From assembly GCF_009914755.1 (NCBI RefSeq), contig NC_060925.1: a stretch of DNA of 64,000 bases; one strand, written 5' to 3'. Made by a program: the position numbers and the translations under genes. Position 1 is the first letter of the stretch. Each line of letters begins with the position of its first letter. Origin of the DNA: the human T2T-CHM13v2.0 reference genome, Homo sapiens. The notes beneath the pieces are model-generated. The model was not told the DNA's origin. It did no database searches and saw nothing but the letters and a program-made list of their open reading frames with translations. Positions 13,471 to 29,585 of the stretch are shown one piece after another.

Positions 13471-13849
13471 ATTGATTCTTGCTGTTGATATCCTCCATGA
13501 AGAATTAAATAATAGGAAGTTTCTGTGAGGAAGAGAAATCCTAGCTCGATCTCTGATCTTTATTGTCTTTAAAGATATGACACGGTTGTTTGATTTTTGT
13601 CTTCAAGCATTTAGAGCTAGAAAAAAGAAATTCCCTTCTGAAAGTATGAGGAGAGAAAGGGAGATGGATATCTTGAGACCTCTGGAAAGTGGTGGGTTTT
13701 GCGGCAGATATGAGATACAGATCCCTAAGCTGTGAAGTATTAAATAATGTATTACATCTTTAAGTTTACAGAAATCATTGCAACTTTTTTAAAACTCAGA
13801 CCACTATTTGCAGTAAGAGTTTGGACTAGATTTTGCACACTTAGACAAT

Positions 13850-14024
13850 AGCTTTCATACTTAAGGATTTATTAGAATGACCTGGAGAGCTTGTTAAAGC
13901 AGACTACTGGACCTTACTCCAGAGCTTATTTCCCAGCAGATCTGGGGTGGGACCCAAGCATTTGCATTTCTAACAAGGAGAAGCTGATGCTGCTGGTCCA
14001 GGGACCACACTTTGAGAACCAATG
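13850..14024. mobile_element. MER5A
   Basis: 'ttagaatgacctggagagcttgttaaa...tttgcatttctaacaag...gatgctgctggtccagggaccacactttgagaacca'. Confidence 0.85.
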
Positions 14025-14925
14025 TAATGATTAAGGAGACAACAGGTAAGTATGAGAGTGAGAAGAAGAAATGGTTCATTAGCATGCTCGCAATGTGTCT
14101 TCCCTGATATCCTATGGCAATTATTGTCTGCACAATATATCTGGCAATTAATCATGTCTTGCCTTTTCACAGTTCTTCTCTTTGCCTGAATGCTATTTAC
14201 ATCTTTTTGTTGGGTCTATGCTTAAGATCGAGGCAGGACGAGAAGCCAGCAATGGACAACCAGTGGGAGAAAGAGGAGAGGAATTCAGGCCCAGGAGGGA
14301 GCAGGAAAGGGATAATTGAGCAGACAGAGGATCTGCCTGTGGGAAAGCGGAGTTGGAGCTACTCTTAATACAGGAGGAAGAAAGCAAGGAAGAAAATTCA
14401 TGCAGCTTTTGGAAGGTACAGTATGGAAATGACAGGCAGGCACCAGAGAAGCCATAGGCTAACCTCACAGACAAATGACCCAACTGCCAAGACAGATTAA
14501 AGGAGAAGGGGTTCATGTGCACTGTGATATCCCCTGAAGAAGGAACCCAAATCTTGTGTGGCATTTTCCTTTATCCTCTGCAGAAGAAAGGAAATTGTGG
14601 CGGTGAGGAAGGTGCTGATGTGTGTTGTTTGAGGATGAGGAGGGTGGAGCAGCATTGCTTCCTGCTAGGAGACCCAAGCAATTTGGGTGAGTAAGTTCCA
14701 GGAAAATGGATCAGGGCCAAGTTCTTGGGAAAGGCTATTTTAAAGACACCAAACGAAGAGGAATGGAGCTAGTGCCTCAATCAAAGGAAAACACAGAGTG
14801 TGGGTTGGTTTAAGATAAACAGAATTGGGTTCTTGAGATGGGGTGGTCAGTTTTTTGTTTACAATTGCTATACTCCTCCTTTTCGGCCATTCAACACCTA
14901 TTCAAAGAGAAAGGCAGCCTTTCTC

Positions 14926-15220
14926 TTTTTTTTTTTTGAGATGGAGTCTCACTTTGTCACCCAGGCTGGAGTGCAGTGGTATGATCTTGGCTCACTGCAA
15001 CCTCCGCCTCCCAGGTTCAAGCAATTCCCCCTGCCTCAGCCTCCTGAGTAGCTGGGATTACAGGCACCTGCCACGACGCCCAGCTAATTTTTGTATTTTT
15101 AGTAGAGACGGGGTTTCTCCATGTTGGCCAGGCTGATCTCGAGCTCCTGACCTCAGGTGATCTGCCCATATGGGCCTCCCAAAATGCTGGGATTACAGGC
15201 GTGAACCACTGCACTCAGCC
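14926..15220 (-). mobile_element. Alu (AluSx-like)
   Basis: Full antisense Alu after poly(T). Confidence 0.95.
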
Positions 15221-15559
15221 ATCTTCATTTTTTTCTGTTATTTTTTTCTCCCTGCTTATTTCATCCTACATTCTAGGCAAATCTTTCTACTTTTACATTG
15301 TGTTGAAATTGTTAACATTTACATTTGCTTCTGCAACAAAAATCAAGTCTTCTGTGTTGAGTCGATAGTTGGCTCTAAAAGGTAAAAATCAATACATGTT
15401 TTACATTACTTTGATTGTTCTACGCTATGCTGAGGGCTGGGATTACATTCTTTTCTGGGAGTCCAGTGGAAACATCCACAGGCTAAATAGAATGTTCTTA
15501 GCTTCAAGGTCAAATGGCTATTCTCTTTTAGGTTGCATCAGTTGCTTAAAATCTCAAGA

Positions 15560-17125
<1,566 letters not shown>

Positions 17126-17378
17126 AAAATTTTGTTCATTGTGTTAAAATAAACATAACATGAAATCCACCATTTTAACAAAAATGTACAATGTACTGCC
17201 ACTAAGTATATTCACATTGCTGTGCAACCATTACCACTATCCATTTCCAGAACATTTTCATCATCCCAAACAGAAAGTCTGCCCCTATTATATAACTCTC
17301 CACTTCCTCTCTCCCTTTGTCCTGTGGTAACCACCATTCCACTGTGTCCCTATGCATTTACTTATTCTAGATACCTCA

Positions 17379-18534
17379 TGTTGCCAGAAGTCAGGGACCC
17401 CGAATGGAGGGACTGGCTGGAGCTGCGGCAGAGGAACATAAATTTTGAAGATTTCATTTTGATATGGACATTTATGAGTTCCCAAATAATACTTTTATAA
17501 TTTCTTACACCTGTCTTTAATCTCTTAATCCTGTTATCTACGTAAACTGAGGATGTACGTCACCTCAGGACCACTGTGATAATGATGTCAACTGTACAAA
17601 TTGATCATAAAACATGTGTGTTTGAACAATATGAAATCAGTGCACCTTGAAAAAGAACAGAATAACAGCAATTTTTAGGGAACAAGGGAAGACAACCATA
17701 AGGTCTGACTGCCTGCAGGGTCAGGCAAAAAGAGCCATATTTTTCTTCTTGCAGAGAGCCTATAAATGGACCTGCAAGTAGGAGAGATATTACTAAATTA
17801 TTTTCTTAGCCAGGAATATTAATAACCTGGGAAAGGAATGCATTCCTGGGGGGAAGTCTATAAACAGCTGCTCTGCGAGTGTCTGTCTTATGCAGTTGAG
17901 ATAAGGACTGAGATACACCCTGGTCTCCTGCAGTACCTTCAGGCTTACTAGGGTGGGGAAAAACTCCACCCTGGTAAATTTGTGGTCAGACCGGTTCTCT
18001 GCTCTCCAACCCTGTTTTCTGTTGTTTAAGGGTTTATCAAGACGATAAGTGCATAGACCCTTATCAGTAGTTCTGTTTTTGCCCTTGGCCTTGTGATCTT
18101 TGTTGGACCCTTATCAGTAGTTCTGCTTTTGCCCTTTGCCTTGTGATCTTTGTTGGACCCTTATCAGTAGTTCTGCTTTTGTCTTTTGTCCTGTTCCCTC
18201 AGAAGCATGTGATCTTTGTTAGACCCTTATTAGTAGTTCTGCTTTTTGCCCTTTGAAGCATGTGATCTTTGTACCTACTCCGTGTTTTACACCTGTGATC
18301 TTTGTACCTACTCCCTGTTTTACACCCCCTCCCCTTTTGAAATCCTTAATAAAAAACTTGCTGGTTTGAGGCTCAGGTGGGCATCACGGTCCTACCAATA
18401 TGTGATGTCACCCCCGGCAGCCCAGATGTAAAATTCTTCTCTTTGTACTCTTTCTCTTTATTTCTCAGCCGGTCGACACTTATGGAAAATAGAAAGAACC
18501 TACGATGAAATACTGGGGACAGCTTCCCCCGATA
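17379..18534 (+). mobile_element. MER11 (HERV-K HML-8) solo LTR, probably MER11A
   Basis: Start tgttgccagaagtcagggaccccgaa, end ttcccccgata; perfect 6-bp TSD ACCTCA (17373-17378, 18535-18540). Confidence 0.92.
18056..18325 (+). repeat. ~50-bp tandem array inside MER11
   Basis: Unit 'gacccttatcagtagttctgcttttgccctttgccttgtgatctttgttg' repeated about 4 times with variants, then a duplicated 'tgtgatctttgtacctactcc'. Confidence 0.85.
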
Positions 18535-19573
18535 ACCTCACATAAATGGAATGGTACAATACTTATCTTTTGGTGCATGACTTATTTCACTTGACATAAT
18601 GTTTTCAAGGATCATAAATGTTGTAGCATGTATTAGAATTTCATTCCTAAGACAGAACAATATTTTATTGTATGTATATACCACATTTTGTTTATTCATT
18701 CATTCACCAGTGGGCACTTGGATTGCTTCACCATTTTGGTTATTGTGAATAATGCTGCTATGAATACTAGAACACAAACATCTGTTTGAGTCCTTGCTTT
18801 TAATTATTTTGGGGATATACCTAGAAGTGGAATTGCTGAATCATATAGTAATTTTATGTTTAACTTTTTGAAGAACTTCCATAGCGGCTGTGCCATTTTA
18901 CATTTCTACCCTCATTCCAATTTCTCCACATCCTCATTGACATTTGTTATTTTCTGTTTTTATAATAGCCATTCTAATAAATCCAAAGAGGTATCTCACT
19001 GTGCTTTTGTTTTGCATTTCCCTGGAGAAAAGTGATTCTGATAATTCTTTCTCATATTTATTGCCCATGTGTGTATCTTCTTTGGAAAAATGTCTATTCA
19101 AGTCCATTGCCCATTTTTAAATTGAGTTGTCTTTGTTACTGTTTTGTTGTAGAAGTTCTTTATTCTAGACATCAATCCCATATCAGATATATGATCTGCA
19201 AAAGTTGTCTCCCATCCTGTGGATTCTCACTCTATTGATAATAACGTTTGATGCACAAAAGTCTTTAATTTGATTAATTTATCTATTTTTTTCTTTTGTT
19301 GCCTGTGCTTTTGGTGTCATATTCATGAAATCTTGCCAAATCCAATGTCAGAAATTATTCCCTGTTTTCTTCTAAGAGCTTTATAGCTTCAATTCTTACA
19401 TTTAGGTCTTTGATCCATTTTGTGTTAATTTTTGCATATGTTATAAAGTAAGGGTCCAAATTCATTGCTTTGTATGTGAACACCTAGTTTTCTCAGTACA
19501 ATTTATTGAAAATACGTCATCATCATTTTCTCATTGAATGGTCCTGACATCCTTGTCAAAAATCAATTGATCA

Positions 19574-19700
19574 AGCCTGGCATGGTGGCACATGCCTATA
19601 ATCCCAGCTACACAGGAGGCTGAGGCAGGAGGATCACATGAGCCCAGGAGTTCAAGGCCAGCTTGGGTAACACATAGGGAGCCCATCTCAAAATAAAGAG
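19574..19700 (+). mobile_element. Alu monomer (FLAM-type)
   Basis: Single ~125-bp monomer 'ggcatggtggcacatgcctataatcccagctac...gcccaggagttcaaggccagc...catctcaaaa'. Confidence 0.8.
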
Positions 19701-20729
19701 AAAACATTTATCATATATACTCTACTGCCTTTTAACTACCAGTGTTGCCATTGTGAGACTTGCTGTCATTCCGATTCCTGCTAATTTAGAAGTGACCTAT
19801 CTATTAAACTTTTTTGGAAGATTTTAACCTAGTGGTGGGAAATTTTGTGATAATGTGTCTTTGTAGGTCTCTTTTTTTTTTTTTCTTTCATTTTGATGGG
19901 CATTTGCTAGGGCTTGTTTGGGGAAATTTTTCTTGAGCTATTTCTTAGATAATTTCCTTTCTTCCATTTTTCTCTTTTCTCTCCCTCTGACTTATGGTGT
20001 TAGGTTTCTTTTTTCTACTGTTTTTTAAGTTTTTCTCTTTTCTGATCTACTTTATGGAAAACTTATTTGATTTGTAACATACAACCCTTCTATTGTGTTT
20101 CAGAAAAATTAGGCTCACAATTTACTTTTCAAGAACCTTTGATAGTGTTCTGATTGTTTCTTTTCATAACATTATATTCCTGTTTTAGGAAAGCAATATA
20201 CTCTTACCTTTTAAATGGTTTTTGACATTTCCTTCTGTGTTCTTCACAATTTCTGTATGTTTGTTCTACCTATTTGTTTATCTTGGGTTCTTTCTTTGAT
20301 GTTAGAAATTGTCCTTGAATGGCTTGTGATTGTTGGTATTTACAAGTAAGGTATTAAAATATTGATTGAAAGCACAATGGCGGGGGCAGGGCTTGTCTTT
20401 TGGTGGGCTTTGTTAGAGGATGATCAGGTAAGCTGGCTTCTTTGTTGTGGGATCTCAAGAATCAGTATGAGATCTTTTTATTCTCTTTCTCCTTATCCAG
20501 ACCACAACTTCCTGAATTCTAGAGACCTTATTTTATAATTTTTTATTCCTTTCAAATCCTATTATGTTTCAATAAATGATGACTGTTTATTGATTTGATG
20601 CTGCGGTAACAGAAACAGTGGGAACTTCAATTAATCAAACAATTGTTTTGTTTTCTCAAAACACGAAGTTTGGCAGCTCCCCTCCTACTCCAATTGCTTG
20701 CTCACTTTTTCAGGTGCAGAAGTGGCCTA

Positions 20730-20872
20730 ATATGTATGTGTGTATGTGTGTATATATATATTTTATATATAAATATACTTTATATATTTATATAAATATA
20801 TACTTTATATATAAAATACATATAGATAAAGTATATATATATAAATATATTTTAAAAATGTATATATATTTT
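20730..20872. repeat. AT-rich (TA)n-derived low-complexity tract
   Basis: Directly visible. Confidence 0.9.
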
Positions 20873-21619
20873 TGCATTAGAAGCCCACATCTGTATTTCT
20901 GAGTTCTACCTTAAGGAGGGTGGGCAAAAGTGAACAGGAGCAGTGGCCTGAGAGAGAGGGCCAGTAGCCACTGACCAAATTCACACAAGGGCATAAAAAA
21001 AATTCTTGGTCCAGGAAATTTTAAGAATTCCAAGGAGGTGATGGAGGAGGGAGTGGGTTGGAGATGAGAAGGGTGAGGGTGAGTTGGTCAGAAAATAAAG
21101 CAGAGCTTCTGAGTATGTGAAGCAGAACAGGTACACAGAGATCAGGTACACAGTTCTGAATGCAGATATTGGAAAAAGCAGAAATAAGGCCTGGACCCCA
21201 GAAAAAGAGAAGACAGAACAAAGGACTGAAGTTAAATAATTAGAGTAGTACCTATCTGTTTATGTTCTGTAGAGATGGATCACTCTCATAAGATGATCTC
21301 CAGCAAAACATGGACTATAGAAAAGATGATTCTAAGGTTAGATACTATCTCTATTGGATGTTTGTAAAATTTAAAAGCAGTTTTTGAGCTTAAGAATCTA
21401 TGTGGTGAACCAATCTTTCTTATTTTGTCTAATCCAGGCTTTTGCCAAATTCATTAACCTCTCTTTATTAGTGGTCTATGGAACACACTTCGGGAAATGC
21501 TCAGCCCTCCCTAGGCCAGACCTCTGCAGCATTCTGGTTTCTTTCCTCACTCTCTAAAACGCCTTTAGCTCTGGGTAGAAAAGGGCAATAGTATACACAG
21601 CAGAGAGGCTGAATGCCTC

Positions 21620-22551
<932 letters not shown>

Positions 22552-25500
22552 AATGGTATCCCAGAACTTGATTCCCGATATCATTAAAGAAATGCCAAAA
22601 GGATAGTAACCCAAAGTGGCGTCTAACAATGGAGACAGCAGAGCAATAATTACTGATGCACAGCTTGGTGCATCCTTTAGGCTCTATGAAGGAGAGGAAC
22701 ACCCTAAAAATGATGCCAGGCTCACTGGGTCCCGCCCTGCAGAGCTGCTTTATGTCACTCACTCCCTTTCCCTCACCACACACTAAGCGCCTCAAAAGCG
22801 GGGGCATTCAGCACACCGTTGGGGGCATGGCATTAATTTCTGAATCTTCTCCCTCAGCCAGGTTCTCTCATCCAACCAGATCCTGCTTCTCACCCTCATC
22901 CTGCTGGCAACCCCTACTGTTTGTTTTCCTCTCTTGCTTCTTGGAGTTGCAGTTCACACTGAGATCCATTTCTAGAGCTCTGACTTTGGTTCACCTCTAA
23001 CATAATTTGTCTAATTTATCTTAGTTTCTTCTCCCATCCCAGCTCTGCCTCCTGAAAGGTAACTTTGCTGATTAGCAGAGGTTAACATTTTTTTTTTAAA
23101 GGCAGAGGTGGATACAAGGGTGTGATTGTTTGCATGCTTTGATTCTTATTAAGGAAAAAATAAAATAATTCATGCTTCATGATTGGAGTTTGAAAACAAA
23201 ATGGCTTAAAACACCTGTGTGATAAAATAGATTTTAAAAGTTATTATTTTTAGTTAAAAAGAAGTTTTATAGACTAGATATAGTATTAAACACAAACTAA
23301 GACATGGAATACTGTAATATTATTGTATATATTTTAAAAACAGATTATTTGTTCCATAAATATTTATTGACCGACAAGCCAAGAAGCTATCACCTGTCAA
23401 GCATGTTGCTAATGTGAGAACAGCTACAAAGGTAAATGAATATAATTCCTTTTCTTCAGAAACATGAAACTAAGTCAGGCAGAAACACATGAAACTAAGA
23501 CACTATAGGCTATGATAGAATGCAATAAATATGGTAAGCTCATGAACCTGATTTTCCTAAACAGTATCCATTTAAAATACTGTCCCTCATACTTTCCAAA
23601 ATATATGCACCAACTTCTGACTTGGAAAAGATGGTCTCTTTGGCTGTAAGATTATGTACAAAGCACTTTGTGAACTCAGAGGAGGGAACATCTTTCTGCC
23701 AGGGAGAATCAGGCAAAGCTTCAAAGAGAACATTATATTTAAGTCTGGTTTGGAAGGGTAAAAGAGGAGCTTGACAAGGGGCTGAGGGGAGAAGATGTGC
23801 GTGATAGAGAGAGGGAAATACAAAGAAAGATTCCTGGAAGGTCATCACTTTCCATTAGTAGTTTTCTCCTCATTCGTAAGTGATGTCAGACATTAATTCA
23901 TTGGAACCTCACATCTCTATGAGCTGTTTTGGTATATTATTATCCCCAAACCTTAGATAACCATGTAAAGAGGTCTCTGGGAAAATGCTCCAGAACCTTG
24001 AAATTTCTCCAGGGTCTGCCTCCTACACACAATATTAAGTAAGCTTGTCTGCCTGGGTGACTCTAGTTTCCATGTTTGGCTTCTGTTTCGCTGTGCAGCC
24101 TTGTGGCTAGACACATTACACATTGGTTGCATTTCGGTTCTGACTTTACTTCCAGTGCTGTGTTTGGCATTCCCTCGGCTCTGTGCTCTGTAACTCTCAA
24201 GTCAACCCCATTTCAGTGGGAGTATCTCAGCCTCAAGCCCAGAGCCAGATCAATTCTAAGATTTAGCCTCCTTCATCTCCGCTGCAGTTAATTATGGGTA
24301 GGGATTAAAGAGCTAAGAATGGTCAAGGAGGCTGCATTTGGATCTGTGTGTGTGGCCTCATATACCTTGTTGTAGAGTTTACAATGAATAAACATTGTAA
24401 AAGTTACATGGTAAGATTGTTTGGTGACCGCAGAGTTAGAACAAGGGGCAATGGTTTTATGATCAGAGGTGATTAGGAGCCTGGGGCTTTGTCTCCACCA
24501 TAGAGGCATGAACCTCAGGGCAACAGATCCTTGCACCAGTGTGAAGAACCGCTTTCTTCTCTGCTCAGTGCTTGAATAGGAGCTGCTAATTTCTGACCCT
24601 AAGTTGCCAATCACCTAACATGGTATGAAGCAAGTGATAGTCACATTTACATTTCAGTATTCCATTCCTAAAATCACTTCACTTGAGAGTTCATTGACGG
24701 TCTCTTCAGAACCCATTTATAGTTAATCTGCAACCTTAACCTCTCTTTCCTTCCTTTCCTGACATTTTCCCCTCAAATATTCTGCATTCTGGCCAGACTG
24801 GACTGTTACTTGTACCTGGACACTCCCTGGTTTCTACCTGCTCTCTTTGGGTTATGATTTTCTGCGGTCAGAATTCCCTTCTCTCCATCTCTGCTCTCCA
24901 TCCTCGAGAGTGTAGCTCCAGTTCACTTCTTGCCTTCAGCTTTTTCTGATTCCTGCAGTAATTGTGATCTCATCCTCCACTTAGCCCAGTGACCTTTATC
25001 ACCCTGTGCCTTGGGCTGTTGTTGCTATTTGCGTGTCTGGATACACATTGAGCAAGGACAAGAAACTTTGCCTTTGATCTCTCCAGCAGTGCCTGGCTCT
25101 AGCAGACTCTCTTCTCTCGAAGTATGTGAATCTATTTAAATGTTATCTAACCACTCTCTGTATGCTGATGGGAAATTGTATCTGAAAAAAATAGATGTTG
25201 ATAGGAACAGTTAACAAAAGACAGAGTTGACAATCAGTTAGAATAGAACATTCCAAACCAAATATAAGGAATAAGATGAATTGGCCAAATCCCTTCAGAT
25301 GTGAATTAAGGTTATAGAGCTAATAAATATCTATACATAAAATATTTTTTACCAGAGAAATACTCCTCAGCCAGATATGGCAGAGAATCCCTTTGATTTG
25401 GAAAAGGCAAGCAATGACTTTAATGTTTGTTAAAAAGAGAAGTAGCAACTGAACTAACTGCTGGATTCTTGCACAAGCCATGAGTGCTAGAATCTGAAGC

Positions 25501-27014
25501 AGAGACTGAGTTGAAGTTTCGTAGAAAGGGTACAAAAAATGTAGTAGAATTAAGAGAATAAAACAGAAGTTTAATAAATTTATTTCATTAATTTGTTAGC
25601 TTCCTGCACTTGGTATTCTCAGTGAGTAACTTAGATAGTGAGTTAGTTTAAGTTTAATTCTGAATATTCCAGTTTGTTTGGTCATGGCTCTTAAATATCT
25701 GGACCGTCTAGAACCTGTAGTGAAAAACATTAGCTGAGTTTCACCAACCAGTCAGCATTCTCTCAAATCTTCAAAATACTAAGATATTATGTCAGAGGCT
25801 TTCTAGTTGACCTAGCCCCAAATTCCTCTTTAGCTTTCTCTTACCCCTACTTAGAATCCAAAGAAAGGAACTTTTGGCCATTCACACCCCAAACTTCTTG
25901 CCTTTCAACACCACCTGGGCAGATGACATCCCTTCCCATAAAAATGGTTGTATTTACCTCTCAAACCTCTTCATTAGCAATTAGAGTCTCCTTTGCTCTA
26001 AAGACACATGATATATCCCAGCCCAGTATGCCTATCACACTGGAATACTAAAGAAAGGCAAAATTGTATAATGGTTCTCTCCGCTGGTCCAGCCCAAAAG
26101 AAGCACCAACCATTCAGGGAAATTAGAATCACTCACTGTCAGCAGGTTCAAAGTGTACTTGAGGTCAGAACATATTTTTGCTTTGGAAGCAGCAGAAGGG
26201 AAGAAGACCTAGAAGAATCGTTTGGATGATTCTTGCAGAAGCATGGGTAAAAGAAGGTGGCATTTTCATGAGTTGGGCTCTGCTTGGCAAGCAGGGCTTC
26301 TCACTAGAAGACCAGGTTTAGTTTATGCCACCTCCTTTGCTGCCAGGCCATCCCACCAGCATCTCAGCATTGGAAGCCAAGCGAATTTTTCTAATAGTTA
26401 AGTCCAGTGTTTGGTTCACCTCCTTTTACCACAATGAACCCTGTTTATGCTCCATTTTTCAACCAGTCTCCTTAAACATAACACTTGCTCCATTTGTCAT
26501 AAACCCCAAGGACATCACCATCACAAAATCTTTACAGAGTAGCTGTAAATCTGTTGGGTTTGGTCATCACCCTGTGTTAATTTGAACTGGGGAACGATCA
26601 TTATAACAGGATTTATCAGGGAGTATTTCTCTGAGCTATCAACATCTTCTGTCTTTTATGGATGAGAGGTGTTTATACTTCCTTGCCAGTACAAGAGAAA
26701 CATTGGAGGCAGGTATCCTGTGTGCTTGAATTAACATACCCTTTTATTTTTCTGCATTAATTTTTGCCTTTTCCCCTTCTTCCCTGTGGTTCTTCCACCC
26801 TTCACATGCTTAACAAAGCTACCATTGTTCCTACCTCCTCTGGGAGCTGAAAAGAATACCATAAATGTTTCCTCTGTGAGGCACACGTCAGGTTACCATC
26901 TTCTCTCCTCCACTCCCCTGGAAGAATGGTGTTCCAAGAGTGTTTGGATATTCCAGTAAGATCGCATGAGAAAAGTCAAATCTTCTTCTTTTTCTGTTAA
27001 AATTCTTTCATTAT

Positions 27015-27478
27015 TTTTTAATTGTGATAAAATTCACATAACATAAAATTTACCATTTTAACCATTTTTAAGTGTACAATTCCGTGGCATTAAATACATT
27101 CACATTGTGCAACCATCACCGACATCTACCTCCAGAACTCTTTCTATCTTGCAAAACAAAAACTCTGAACCAGTTAAATAATAACCCCACAACCCAGCCA
27201 CAGGGAATCTTTTTACTTTTTGTCTCTTTACTTTCTGACAACTCTATGTACCTCATATAAGTAATCGTACAGTTTTTGTCTACTTGTGACTGGCTTATTT
27301 CACTTAGCATGCTATCCTCAAGGTTTATTCATGTTGTAGCATAAGTCAGAATTTCCTTTCTTTTTAAGGCTGAATAATATTCTATTGTGTGCATATTTCA
27401 TATTTTTATTTATTGATTGATCAGCACTTGGGTTCCTTCCACCTTTTGGATGTTATGAATGATACTTCTATCAATAGG
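27015..27478 (-). mobile_element. L1MB-type 3' end
   Basis: 'ataacataaaatttaccattttaaccatttttaagtgtacaattc...ggcttatttcacttagcat...taaggctgaataatattc'. Confidence 0.85.
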
Positions 27479-27847
27479 AGCTTGGCTCCCCTTCTTTGGA
27501 GAATATGTAAAAAAAGGGATGGGAGAATGGGAAAATGGCAGGAGGGTAGAAGGATTGTTGGGAGGAAAAGTTCAAAATAAAGTAATTTTGTTTTTGAATA
27601 TATATCATAAAAATTCAAGCAACTCTGAAAATGTCATTCTAAATTCTACCACTAGGAGAAAATCACTGGTAATATGGTGACGATCTTCTTTCTATCTATC
27701 TCTTTATATGTCCATGCCAAATATATCTTATATAAATGAATCGTATCTTTCATATTGTTTAATAAACTGATTTTTAAATTCAGCTTTATGATACGAACCT
27801 CTTTCCATATAAATAAATGTACTTTTATACCATCATTTTCATGGTTG

Positions 27848-27977
27848 CATACTTTTATCAATGTATCATAATTTATCCAATCTTCTATTGATGGAGTCTC
27901 AACAAATTATCATACTTTTATCAATGTATCATAATCTATTTATCCAATCCTCTATTGATGGAGTCTCTACAAATTAT
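27848..27977 (+). repeat. Two-copy tandem duplication (~63/67 bp) within old L1-like sequence
   Basis: 'catacttttatcaatgtatcataat...ttatccaatc.tctattgatggagtctc.acaaattat' at 27848 and 27911. Confidence 0.9.
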
Positions 27978-28765
27978 TCTCTTTGTTTTTTAAAAAAGTT
28001 ATTAACATAAAACAGTGTGGTGACAATTATTATTTTACATGTTATCTTTGTGCTCTTGTTTCCTAAGCCTCTAAAACTGGAAGTGAGTCAAAGGATTTAA
28101 CTTGACATTTTATTTACCAAGCATAATTCATATGTGTGAAAATCCTAATATCTTAGATCTCTTATTCTTATGTATTTATCTATGCCAAAATACATATTTC
28201 ACATCATAAAGGACAGAGTGAGAGCTCTCTAGAGCTTTTCTGGGGAATGTTCTATGTGAGGAAGATTAGAGACACTGAGTTATATCAAAATATTACATTG
28301 TATATGAATGCATGTCAATGCAAAGTAGTAGAGAAGGTTGGATTTACTATCCTTGTTGGTTCAGTCAAGCAATGTATGTATAGTCATTAGGAAAGGAAAA
28401 ACAATCTTGAAATGAGCCAAGTAATGGCTATAAATTCACTTATAGCTTGGCAGCTTCAAAGCCAAAGTGGTGGTTGGATGTAAAGTGGAATTTTAATTGG
28501 CAGAGGAGGCAGATAGTGAGAAATGTTGATCCAATAATAACGTGAAGTCCAATAATTTGTGTTAATCCAGAATGCAGGTCAAATCCAAAACTGGTAGCCA
28601 GAAGCTCAAATCAGTGTCTAAATGGTTTTTTTGGCCAGTTCTGTTACTAAATGTGGTGCAATGGTGGAGTTTCTAGGCAAGTAGAATCTTCTAAATCTTA
28701 CAGGTGATGGTATATTTAAAAAATGGTTTATCATCCCATTTACTAAGGTCATGGGATATAGGATC

Positions 28766-29466
28766 TGTTAGCGGTGGTGAATCCATACAGGTCTGCAGCA
28801 ACCTCAATCCTTGCCTCTTCAGAAGAAAGAATTCAACCAAGGGGAATATGGCAGAATGAGACACTGAGGCAAGTTTTAGAGCAGGAATGAGTTTATTAAA
28901 AAGATTACAGCAGGAATAAAAGGAAGTAAAGTACACTTGGAAGAGGACCAAGAAGTGCACCGTTTGACCTTTGACTTGGGGGTTTTATACGTTGGCATGC
29001 TTCCAGGGGATTGAATCCCTTCTCCCTTGATGCTTCCCTTGGGGTGGGCTGTCCGCATGCGCAGTGGCTTCACAGCCACTGGGAGGGCTGCATTGGGAGC
29101 GTGTTTACTGAAGTTGTACACATGCTCACTTAATGCGTTTTTCCCTTCCCAGTCGAGTGTTCCTATAAGGTCATGCACCAGTTAAACTCCACCATTTTGC
29201 CTCTTAGTACACGTACTTAAGCCCACCCACCCAGCTCCTGAGATCTTATTGGAAAGTTGCTGATCAACAGTTTCAGGGTTTTTTTCTATCTAATGGGAGA
29301 CTGCCTTTCCCTGGCGCTGCCTGCATTCAATTACTATTTTAGAGAGACAGTTTTACAACTGCCTGACCATCATGTGATTGTTGCCTGACATTCCTAGTGG
29401 TGGTTGGGGGTAGGTGGGGAAGGCTTTCCTGCCCTGCTCATGTCTGACTAGCTACCTCCTGTAACA
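28766..29466 (-). mobile_element. MER50-family ERV1 solo LTR
   Basis: Right end 'cctgccctgctcatgtctgactagctacctcctgtaaca' is the reverse complement of the MER50 start; TG...CA termini. Confidence 0.8.
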
Positions 29467-29585
29467 GAGTGAACTATTTGTGGGAGAGGACAGGGATGGT
29501 CTTCACAGAGATTATCATCAGCCACGTTGGCTAAGATTTGAAGCAAACTCTAGATTCAGGTGGATCATTTGAGTATGGGTAGCAC

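Larger units (their letters stand above)
17128..19573 (-). mobile_element. L1MB-type LINE 3' portion, interrupted by MER11
   Basis: Antisense L1MB 3'UTR ('cataacatgaaatccaccattttaa...gtgcaaccattaccactatccatttccagaac') resumes after the LTR at 18535 and runs into ORF2 antisense. Confidence 0.8.

Noticed and set aside
18056-18270. Regularly spaced repeats resembling a CRISPR array
   Set aside because: The 'spacers' are themselves repeated; this is the internal tandem array of MER11.
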